A stretch of DNA of 36,451 nucleotides from Planctomycetota bacterium (GTDB lineage Bacteria; Planctomycetota; GCA-002687715; DRQF01). The stretch covers positions 1-36,451 of the forward strand of contig JAZGFI010000185.1 of NCBI GenBank assembly GCA_036479435.1, given 5' to 3'. The notes under the pieces were generated by a model, which was not told the DNA's origin, made no database searches, and saw only the letters and a list, made by a program, of their open reading frames with translations. Both the position numbers and the translations under genes were made by a program. The stretch's first letter is position 1. Each line of letters opens with the position of its first letter. Shown here piece after piece: positions 1 to 7,598 of this stretch.

Positions 1-48
1 GAAATCTTCCACCCCTACCCGGAACAACGCCTGTGCGTCATTACCTAA
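1..48 (+). CDS. C-terminal fragment of a group II intron reverse transcriptase/maturase (partial)
   Basis: Frame 1 reads EIFHPYPEQRLCVIT*, resembling the 'xILHP(Y/W)PxxR' C-terminus of En-less bacterial intron-encoded proteins. It lies directly before intron domains V/VI. Confidence 0.75.
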   Translation, partial: EIFHPYPEQRLCVIT

Positions 49-126
49 GGCAGGAGCCCAGTGCGATAATTCCGCTCGCTGGGATCTGTGCGGGGGGCCT
101 CGGGTGACCGAGGTCCCTACCGCGAC
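1..126 (+). mobile_element. Group II intron 3' end (end of DIV, DV and DVI)
   Basis: DV at 54-86 is GAGCCCAGTGCG-ATAATTC-CGC-TC-GCTGGGATC, with the AGC triad at 55-57 and a 2-nt bulge. DVI is GCGGGGGGCCTCGG-GTGA-CCGAGGTCCCT-A-CCGC with a bulged A at 119. The intron ends in AC at 125-126. Confidence 0.9.
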
Positions 127-134
127 ATAGCAGG

Positions 135-1103
135 TTATTTGCAACTCCAGGCCCATCTTAGGGAATCTGCATCTAAGTTGCCGCCGGAGATCGCGATGCC
201 GACTCGTTTGCCGGCGAGCTGTGGCGCTAGCTTGCTGAGCCCGGCCAAGCCCGCGGCTCCGGCCCCTTCCGCGATGTTGTGAGTGGTGCGCAGTAAGCGC
301 CGCATGGCGGCCCCGATCTCATCTTCTTCTACGGTCACGAAGCCTTTGAGTCCTTTTTGCATCGTGGGGAAAGTCATCTCGTAGCAGCTTCGCGTTGCCA
401 AGCCATCGGCGATGGTGTCGGCGGTCGCAGTCGTGCGTGGCTCGCCGGCGTGCCATGAATCGTGCGTCGCGGAGGCCCGGGCCGCTTGGACGCCGTAGAT
501 CTCAATCTTTGGACTGAGGCTGGCGGCCACCGTAACGGCTCCCGCGACCTGAGATCCGCCCCCGACGGCTAAGACCAAGGCGTCGAGCTCTGGCTGTTCT
601 TGCAGCATCTCAAGGCTGAAGGTGCCCGCGCCCGCGATCACTTCGCGATTGTTCGTCGAGTGGACCAAGGTCAAGTTGCGCTCACTGACCAGTCGATCGG
701 CGATCTTGATCGCCTCGTCATAGTCGGCTCCGTCTTCGATCAGCTCGGCGCCCAGCGCCTTCATGGCTTCGTTTTTTTCGGGATTGTTACCGCGGGGCAC
801 ACAGATGACGACGGGCACGCCGAAGGCCTTGCCAGCGTGGGCTAGCCCCAGCCCGTGGTTGCCGCGGGTGGCCGCGACCACGCCGCGGGCCCGCGCCTCC
901 GCCGAGAGTAAGGTCAGCACGGAAAGGCCATTTCTGACTTTGAAGGAGTTGGTCGGCAAGTGGTTTTCGTGCTTGACCCAAACTTTGAGGCCGTGACCGA
1001 GCTCTTGGTCCAAGACCCCATAGTTGCGAAAGGGGGTTGTCGCCAGATGTGGCTTCAAACGGCACTGAGCGAGGAGAATGTCCCTAAAGGTCACGGCGTC
1101 CAC
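135..1103 (-). CDS. PLP-dependent threonine/serine dehydratase family protein (no regulatory domain)
   Basis: Motifs KHENHLPTNSFKVRNG (PLP Lys), AATRGNHG, VGGGS, IADGLA and ISGGNLD. GTG start with an AGGAGA RBS. Confidence 0.92.
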   Translation of the reverse strand: MDAVTFRDILLAQCRLKPHLATTPFRNYGVLDQELGHGLKVWVKHENHLPTNSFKVRNGLSVLTLLSAEARARGVVAATRGNHGLGLAHAGKAFGVPVVICVPRGNNPEKNEAMKALGAELIEDGADYDEAIKIADRLVSERNLTLVHSTNNREVIAGAGTFSLEMLQEQPELDALVLAVGGGSQVAGAVTVAASLSPKIEIYGVQAARASATHDSWHAGEPRTTATADTIADGLATRSCYEMTFPTMQKGLKGFVTVEEDEIGAAMRRLLRTTHNIAEGAGAAGLAGLSKLAPQLAGKRVGIAISGGNLDADSLRWAWSCK

Positions 1104-1237
1104 GGCAGTCTCCTATCGTCGGTGAAAAGAGGAAGCCATCTGGTATCTTCTACTTGGCTTCCATTTTCAAGCCTGTGGCGCATAATCCCCTATCCTCTGG
1201 GACCTTCAGTTCAAAAAAGGACAAGCGACTGAAATTC

Positions 1238-1930
1238 ATGGGCGCTGCGATCGATATCCAACATTTGCGTTTCAGCCGAGGACGGGGCTCACAAGCTCGT
1301 GTGATTCTCGACCTGCCGCGATTCGAATTGGCGTCCGGCGCCGAAGTCTGTGTGGTGGGCGGCTCCGGCAGCGGCAAGACCACTCTTTTGAACCTCATCG
1401 CGGGGATTCTTCGCCCTGACCGGCGCTCGGTCGCTGGGGGGGCGACGCCCGTCATGTGCGTGGGAGGAACCGACACCCTGGGTTTGTCCGAGGCGCAACG
1501 TGACCGCTGGCGAGCGCAGACACTCGGCTACGTTTTTCAGACCTTCAATCTCCTTCAAAGCCTCAGCGCTCTCGAAAACCTGCTCATCGCCCAGAGTTTC
1601 GCGGGCCAAAATAGCGACGCGGCTCGCGCCCATGCCTTGGACCTTTTGGGTCGAGTGGGTCTCGGCCGACTGGTTGACGTCAAGCCGGGCCGCCTTTCTG
1701 TGGGCGAGCAACAGCGCGTGGCCATTGCGCGGGCGATTGTGAACCGTCCCGCTCTGGTCTTAGCCGACGAACCGACCGCCAACTTGGACGACGAACATCG
1801 AGATTCTGTCTTGGCGCTCTTGCGCGAGCTCGTCAAAGAATCGGGCAGTGCCTTGTGCCTCGTGACTCACGACGCCGCGATCAAGGCTCAGTTCGACCGG
1901 GTCGAAAGCATGTCGGAGTTGAGCGCGTGA
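1238..1930 (+). CDS. ABC transporter ATP-binding protein (LolD/MacB-like)
   Basis: Walker A GGSGSGKTT, YVFQTFNLL, signature LSVGEQQRVAIARA, Walker B LADEPTANLD and H-loop VTHD. Start placed at ATG 1238. Confidence 0.93.
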   Translation: MGAAIDIQHLRFSRGRGSQARVILDLPRFELASGAEVCVVGGSGSGKTTLLNLIAGILRPDRRSVAGGATPVMCVGGTDTLGLSEAQRDRWRAQTLGYVFQTFNLLQSLSALENLLIAQSFAGQNSDAARAHALDLLGRVGLGRLVDVKPGRLSVGEQQRVAIARAIVNRPALVLADEPTANLDDEHRDSVLALLRELVKESGSALCLVTHDAAIKAQFDRVESMSELSA

Positions 1931-3219
1931 GTTTATTCACCTACGTTCTGCGCGGCTTGAAACAACGCCCATTGTCCTCGGCGCTTACGGCTTTAAGTGT
2001 GGCGCTTGGCGTGATGTTGGTGACCTCGATTCTCGCCGTGCAGCACGAGGTCGAACGCAGCTACGGGCGTCAATCGGCGGGCTACTCTCTCGTCGTGGGG
2101 CCCGCAGGTTCACCCCTAGAGTTGGTCTTGAACAGTGTCTACCACGTGGGGATGAGCCCGGGGCTGTTGCCGTTTTCCGCCCTGAGAGAGCTCGAAGGCA
2201 AAGAGTGGGAGCGCTTTGTTCGACACTGTGTTCCCTACGCGGTCGGCGATTCCTACCGCGGCTACCGCGTGGTCGCGACCACGGATGCCGTGTTCTCAGA
2301 GCATTTCCCTCAACCGGCCGGGGCGGGCAAAGAGAAGTTTTCGGCCGGTGGTCCCTTTGAGTTTGACGCTAAGAAACTCGACTACGCTCTCGACTTGTTG
2401 CGCCGAAAAATTCCCTTGCCGCCAGACGAGGCCGGTCGTCAGGCCGTCTTGGGCGCAGAGGTCGCGCAACAACTGGGCCTCGGCGTCGGTGATGACATCG
2501 AACCGACGCACGGCATTGAAGGCGATCATCGCCATTCCGCTCGTCACCGTTGGCGCATCAAAGGCGTTTTGAAGTCGACCGGCACGCCCATCGACCGCGT
2601 CGTCTTCATCACCCTCGATTCCTTTTACCGCATACCAGAGCACTCCGGGGGTCGGATGCCCGTCACCGGCGAACCCGCCTTGTCGGCAATCTTGGTCTTT
2701 CCCCGCGGCGGCTACGCCAAGGCCGTCGTCCTGACAAACCTCCGCAAGCGCGGTGACCTGCAAGTCGCGGACGTCCCGACCGAGATCGGACGCTTGATGA
2801 GCATCGTTGGCAACGTCGATAAGCTATTCTTCATCATGGCCATCCTCGTGTTGTTCGTGGCGCTCATCGGCATCACGGTGGCCATTTACAACTCCATGAA
2901 CGAGCGCCGCCGCGAGATCGCGATCCTGCGCGCCTTAGGCGCCGGGCGTCGTGCCGTGTTCGCCGCCATCGTCGGAGAAGCCGTCGTTTTGGCCGCTGTC
3001 GGCGGCTTGATCGGTTTCATTGCGGCTCGCCTGCTGCTTTTGGGCGCCGACCGTATCCTCCGCGAGGCGGCGGGCTTGTCGCTCCAACGTCCGGAATTCC
3101 GCTTCCAAGAACTCCTCGTTTTGTTGGTGGTGGTCGCAGCGGGCGCCGTGGCGGGTATGATCCCGGCATGGAAGGCCTACCGAACCGACGTCGCGGCGAA
3201 TCTCGCTCCGCTCTCATAG
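1927..3219 (+). CDS. ABC transporter permease (MacB/FtsX family)
   Basis: N-terminal TM, large periplasmic domain, 'ERRREIAILRALGA' motif and three C-terminal TMs. The GTG start overlaps the ATPase stop (GTGA). Confidence 0.92.
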   Translation: MSLFTYVLRGLKQRPLSSALTALSVALGVMLVTSILAVQHEVERSYGRQSAGYSLVVGPAGSPLELVLNSVYHVGMSPGLLPFSALRELEGKEWERFVRHCVPYAVGDSYRGYRVVATTDAVFSEHFPQPAGAGKEKFSAGGPFEFDAKKLDYALDLLRRKIPLPPDEAGRQAVLGAEVAQQLGLGVGDDIEPTHGIEGDHRHSARHRWRIKGVLKSTGTPIDRVVFITLDSFYRIPEHSGGRMPVTGEPALSAILVFPRGGYAKAVVLTNLRKRGDLQVADVPTEIGRLMSIVGNVDKLFFIMAILVLFVALIGITVAIYNSMNERRREIAILRALGAGRRAVFAAIVGEAVVLAAVGGLIGFIAARLLLLGADRILREAAGLSLQRPEFRFQELLVLLVVVAAGAVAGMIPAWKAYRTDVAANLAPLS

Positions 3220-4112
3220 TCACCCTGTCCGTCATCGTCGCGGTCATGACCATGGCTTTGGCCCCGGCATGCTCGGGTTCCGACTCCGAGGCTCCTCGCG
3301 ATGCCCCTGTGGTCGTGAAAGCTGAGGACTTAGACATCGGATCGAAGGAGGCCCACACCGGAGACGTCCTGGCGGACGCGGTGTTTGGCATCATCCGCGA
3401 CCTCGTTGAACTCAAAAAGACCAAAGCCAACCGCGAAGAACTTGTCCAACAACTCCGGCTCGAAGTCGATCGTTTGGGCCTGGGTGAAGTCGCTAAGCGC
3501 GGTGCCGCCGTCACCGGCGTCATCGATGAGATCATCAGCCAGTCCGAACGGTTTCGGCCTCGCGATGGCAAACCCGGCCAAGTCACCGGCCAGCAACGCC
3601 TGTTTATTGTTAGCCGTGCCCAAACCACCGCGGATCGACTTCGGGACACCCTGAAGGGCATTGTGGCGCAAGACGGCGATCACTTCGATCATGACCCGGC
3701 CCCCTTACTCGCCCCCGCGATCGACGAAGTCGACGTCCCAATGGGCTATCTTTCCTTGTCGTGGAAGACCATCGCCAACTTCGAGTTCAGCGTCGGCATG
3801 ACGCTGCCAGCCAATGTCCAAGCTTTGAACGGCAAAAAAGTCGGCATCGCCGGCTACATGATGTCGCTGGGTGAGTACGAAAACATCCGCGAGTTTCTCC
3901 TCGTCGAATCCGCCTGGGCCTGCTGCTTCGGGATCGCCCCGGACGTCAATCAGGCCGTCGTCATCAAGCTCCCCGACGACGAGCCAGGCGTTGACCTTGT
4001 AACTCTCCCCATCCTCGCCACCGGAAAACTCATCGTCGAAGAACAACGCGAACAAGACTTCGTCATCGGTCTCTACCGCATGGTGGCTGATGACGTCGTC
4101 GAAGTCGACTGA
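3168..4112 (+). CDS. DUF3299-domain putative lipoprotein
   Basis: C-terminal LNGKKVGIAGYM...EFLLV...ACCFG..PDVNQAV is typical of DUF3299. A hydrophobic signal ends in a lipobox-like LAPAC. Exact start uncertain. Confidence 0.8.
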   Translation: MEGLPNRRRGESRSALIVTLSVIVAVMTMALAPACSGSDSEAPRDAPVVVKAEDLDIGSKEAHTGDVLADAVFGIIRDLVELKKTKANREELVQQLRLEVDRLGLGEVAKRGAAVTGVIDEIISQSERFRPRDGKPGQVTGQQRLFIVSRAQTTADRLRDTLKGIVAQDGDHFDHDPAPLLAPAIDEVDVPMGYLSLSWKTIANFEFSVGMTLPANVQALNGKKVGIAGYMMSLGEYENIREFLLVESAWACCFGIAPDVNQAVVIKLPDDEPGVDLVTLPILATGKLIVEEQREQDFVIGLYRMVADDVVEVD

Positions 4113-4169
4113 CGATATCGGCGCCAAGCCAGCCTTAGTCGCCCACACTTGATGCGAGACGAGCGCCGG

Positions 4170-5459
4170 CTACTTGCTTTTCGTCTTCTCGAGCTCTCGT
4201 TGTGTGGCCTTGAGGCGGCGTTGCAGTTCGGCGGCGTCTTTGACGGCCTCACGGGCGAGGCGGCGCGCGCGGCTTAGTTCTTGATCTTGCTTGGCAAGAT
4301 TGCGCTCGAGCTGATCGGTCTTGGCGTGGAGAGACTTCAATTCCTTACGGACGGTCTGCATGGTTCGCTTGTAGTCGATGTTTTCGCGTTCGGCGTTTTT
4401 GCAAGCGGATTTGGTCTTGGCGAGCTTGCTTTCGGCGGTGATGGCGCGGCGTTCGAGATCGCCGCTACTGCCGCTGGGGCGGAGTTTCTGCGCGGTCACT
4501 TGGCGTTCGAGTTTGCGGATGCGTTGTTTCATGCGCGGGTGTTCGCGGAGCTTGGTGAAGGCGCTCTTTTCGAATTCGCGGATGCTTTTGGCCATTTCGG
4601 ATTTAGATTCGATGACGGCGCTTAGGCGTTTTTTGGCTTTGGCTCGGGATGCTCTCAGCTCTTCACGAGTTTCTTTGAGCTGGCTAAGCGCCCGGCCTTT
4701 CTCGTTGAAGAGATCACCAAGTTTTTTGCGTTGGGCGCTGGCGCGTTGGCTGGCTTCGTAGAACTTCTTTTTCTCGCGTTCCAGTTGTTTGCGGTAATCC
4801 AAAGCCTTGCTTCGGGAGTGCTCAAGGGCGGTTTCTGACTCGCGGCGAAAGCGCGTGAGTTGCGCGTTCTGTTCACTTTGGACTAAGCGCAACTTGTCGG
4901 AGTTGTCGTACTTCACCTGGAGTTCGCGAAACTTCATTTCGAGTTCCGGGTCGATGTCTTGGGCACCTTCGAGGTTCGTTTCGAGGTAGTAGGCGGTTTC
5001 GTCGAGGCGGCGATTCAAAAAGCCACGCGCGGCTTCGGCCACGCGGGAGTTGACTTTGGCGATGGCGAGAAAGTTCCTTTGCTCGTGGAACTTTTCCTTC
5101 AACAATAGGGCTTGGTCGCGCAGTTCGGCGCGGCTTTTCCGGCTCTGCTGCAGAGCGGAATCCGCTTCTTCGAGTCGGCGGCGGTTGGCCGCGCGTAGCT
5201 CTTCGAGAGCCTTGCTCTTGGTGCCGATGGCGCGCTCTTGTTCTTCGGACAACAGGCGAAGACCTGCGAGTTGCGTGCTCGAGTCGGACGAGCTGGAGTT
5301 GACTTCCTTCAGCGAGGTTTCAAGATCCTCGATGGTGCGCTTGGCGCCGAGGCTGGACTGATACCAAAGGCCCGAGATGATGAGGGTCAAGGTGGCGGCG
5401 AGGAGACAGACGATCTGCCAGGGGCGCGTTGCCGATTGCACGAGGGAACGTTGCTGCAT
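4170..5459 (-). CDS. Membrane-anchored long coiled-coil protein, function unknown
   Basis: One N-terminal TM segment, then ~390 aa of K/R/E/L/A-rich heptad-like sequence. Confidence 0.75.
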   Translation of the reverse strand: MQQRSLVQSATRPWQIVCLLAATLTLIISGLWYQSSLGAKRTIEDLETSLKEVNSSSSDSSTQLAGLRLLSEEQERAIGTKSKALEELRAANRRRLEEADSALQQSRKSRAELRDQALLLKEKFHEQRNFLAIAKVNSRVAEAARGFLNRRLDETAYYLETNLEGAQDIDPELEMKFRELQVKYDNSDKLRLVQSEQNAQLTRFRRESETALEHSRSKALDYRKQLEREKKKFYEASQRASAQRKKLGDLFNEKGRALSQLKETREELRASRAKAKKRLSAVIESKSEMAKSIREFEKSAFTKLREHPRMKQRIRKLERQVTAQKLRPSGSSGDLERRAITAESKLAKTKSACKNAERENIDYKRTMQTVRKELKSLHAKTDQLERNLAKQDQELSRARRLAREAVKDAAELQRRLKATQRELEKTKSK

Positions 5460-5579
5460 GGAAACTCTCGAGTCGCGGATTAAGGGCTTGGAGGGCCATC
5501 ATAGAGCGCGGAACCCCAGGGGGCCAAGGCGAGAATTCTTCAGCCAGACAAAAAAGAGGAAGGCTGGAGGCCGGGGGCC

Positions 5580-7499
5580 TCAATCGCCGACGATGCCGCC
5601 GTCTTTGCGGGTGATGGCGACCACGCTCGGGCGGGTTGGCATGCCGTCCTCAAAGTCCGGCCAGCGGGTCGAGGGCTGGGCGAAGTGGAATTCCTTGCCC
5701 ACACCAGGGTGCTGGATGGCACAGAAAAAAGTCGTGTCGTCGGGCGTGAAGCAAGGTCCGCAGACCTCAGCGCCACGGGGGCTCCGCATGAATAATTTTG
5801 TAAGGGCGCGGCCGGGGCCTTGGGTGTCACAGGCGTAGACACCATCGGCGCTGTGCTTGGCGCCATCGGTGGCGATCCACAGCCGGCCCCGCCCGTCAAA
5901 GGCCACGTTATCCGGGCAGGAAAGCCACCCGGAATCCGAGACCAGAGACTCTTGGTAGTCAGCTCCGTGCTGGGGGTTTTGGGGATCTCCGGCGCGGATG
6001 AACATATCCCAGTGCATTTTGCCCGCGGCGTGGTCGCGATGACCTTTGCTTATCGGTGCGTGAAGTTCAAGGATGTGACCGTGGGGGTTTTTCTCGCGAG
6101 GGTTCGCGGCATCGAGCGGAAAATCGACCCCGCGCCGCGAGTTGTTGGTCAAAACGACGTAGACCAGCCCGGTGACTGGGTTGACTTCGACGTCTTCGGG
6201 GCGATCCATGCGGGTGGCCCCGAGGAAGTCAGCGGCCGAGCGGGCCTCGATAACCACGTCGGCTTGGGACGAAAAGCCATTGGCCTTGTTCAGCGGTCCC
6301 TGCCCGAACACCAGCGGCAGCCAACAAAGCCCCCCGTCGGCGTCAAAGCGCGCCACGGATAGTTCGCCTTCGTCCAACAGGTTCAAGTTGGCGGCACGAC
6401 TTTTCGGGTCGAAGCGTCCGGCAGTCACGAATCGGTAAAGGTATTCGCCTTTTTGGTCGTCGCCGCTGTAGACCACCACGCGACCGTCGCTATTGATAAC
6501 GCAATTCGCCGCCTCGTGGCGAAAGCGCCCCAAGGCCGTTCGTTTGACCGCAGGCTTGTCGGGTTGGTAAGGGTCGATCTCGACCACCCAGCCAAAACGG
6601 TTGGCTTCTCGAGGGTCTTTGGCGGCATCGAAGCGCGAGTCAAACTGGCGATAGTAGTAGTCGTCTTTGTTGATTTCGTGACGGAGCTGGTTGCGTTCTT
6701 CGCGCGGGTCTTTCGAGACGCCGTAGAAGTAATCCTGAAAGTTCTCCTCCGCGCTTAAAAACGTGCCCCAGGGTGTCATGCCCCCGGCGCAGTTCGAGAA
6801 AGTCCCGATGACTTCGCAGCCTTGGCTGTCGTCGGTCTTGCTTTGCATCCGCGGATGGCCGCGGGCGGGGCCTCGGATCTCCAATCGCGATTTCCCCATG
6901 TCGATGCGGCGGTTGTGGGGACTATCGAGAACCGTTTTCCAGCGGCCGTTCTCGCGTTTGATCTCCACCACCGAAAAACCCTGCGCGGCTAACTCGATGT
7001 CAAACTCTTCTTTGCTGACACCTTTTCCGTCCACCGTCGGTTTCTTCGTGCGGCCGGGCTGCATGTTGTGAAGGGTGGTGTACTCGTGGTTGACGCCCAG
7101 CAACCCATGGCCGGAGTTGCGACTTCCGAAGGGCAGCGGAAGAAAGCCGACGTAGTCGCAGTTGTAGCCGAACTGTCGTCGTTGGTCGTCGGCGTTCTGC
7201 TTCAGGGGTGAAAAGGGCGGCGAGTCGGCGTGAAGAGGATCGCCCCAACGCAACAATGTCTGGGCCTCGTAGCCTTTAGCGACGTGAAGCTTCTCATCCC
7301 GACCGCGCTGGATTTCGGGGAAAGTCAGGCTGCTCTTGGGGATCTTGCCGGCGGACTTAGGCGAACTTGCGAGCAAAAGCCTGCTTCCCACGACCTGTAC
7401 GGCGGCGAGAAAAGCGGCGTTTTTCAACAGCTTTCGTCGGCTCAGGCGCTTCGCCACAATATCCGATAAAAGCGCTTCGTTGGATCGCGGTGAGTTCAT
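5580..7499 (-). CDS. phoX: PhoX-family alkaline phosphatase (Tat-exported)
   Basis: Tat motif SRRKLLK plus PhoX motifs GYNCD, VNHEY, NCAGGMTPWGTFLSAEEN, GRFRHEA, DRPEDVE, PDN, AEVCGP and QHPG. Confidence 0.93.
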   Translation of the reverse strand: MNSPRSNEALLSDIVAKRLSRRKLLKNAAFLAAVQVVGSRLLLASSPKSAGKIPKSSLTFPEIQRGRDEKLHVAKGYEAQTLLRWGDPLHADSPPFSPLKQNADDQRRQFGYNCDYVGFLPLPFGSRNSGHGLLGVNHEYTTLHNMQPGRTKKPTVDGKGVSKEEFDIELAAQGFSVVEIKRENGRWKTVLDSPHNRRIDMGKSRLEIRGPARGHPRMQSKTDDSQGCEVIGTFSNCAGGMTPWGTFLSAEENFQDYFYGVSKDPREERNQLRHEINKDDYYYRQFDSRFDAAKDPREANRFGWVVEIDPYQPDKPAVKRTALGRFRHEAANCVINSDGRVVVYSGDDQKGEYLYRFVTAGRFDPKSRAANLNLLDEGELSVARFDADGGLCWLPLVFGQGPLNKANGFSSQADVVIEARSAADFLGATRMDRPEDVEVNPVTGLVYVVLTNNSRRGVDFPLDAANPREKNPHGHILELHAPISKGHRDHAAGKMHWDMFIRAGDPQNPQHGADYQESLVSDSGWLSCPDNVAFDGRGRLWIATDGAKHSADGVYACDTQGPGRALTKLFMRSPRGAEVCGPCFTPDDTTFFCAIQHPGVGKEFHFAQPSTRWPDFEDGMPTRPSVVAITRKDGGIVGD

Positions 7500-7545
7500 T
7501 CCCTAATTCCCATTTACTGACGATGACGAGACCATGGGGCATAGC

Positions 7546-7576
7546 AAAGCCCGGAGCCATGGTAGCTCCGGGCTTT
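7546..7576 (-). terminator. Intrinsic terminator-like hairpin after the HEAT-repeat gene
   Basis: Perfect 12-bp inverted repeat AAAGCCCGGAGC-catggta-GCTCCGGGCTTT just downstream of the stop at 7599. Confidence 0.7.
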
Positions 7577-7598
7577 CCTTGGTCTATGTTTCTGGAAA

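Noticed and set aside
88..126. Hairpin as an intrinsic terminator, and the 88-282 ORF
   Set aside because: The hairpin is intron domain VI and has no U-tract. The ORF is antisense to the dehydratase and has no recognisable features.
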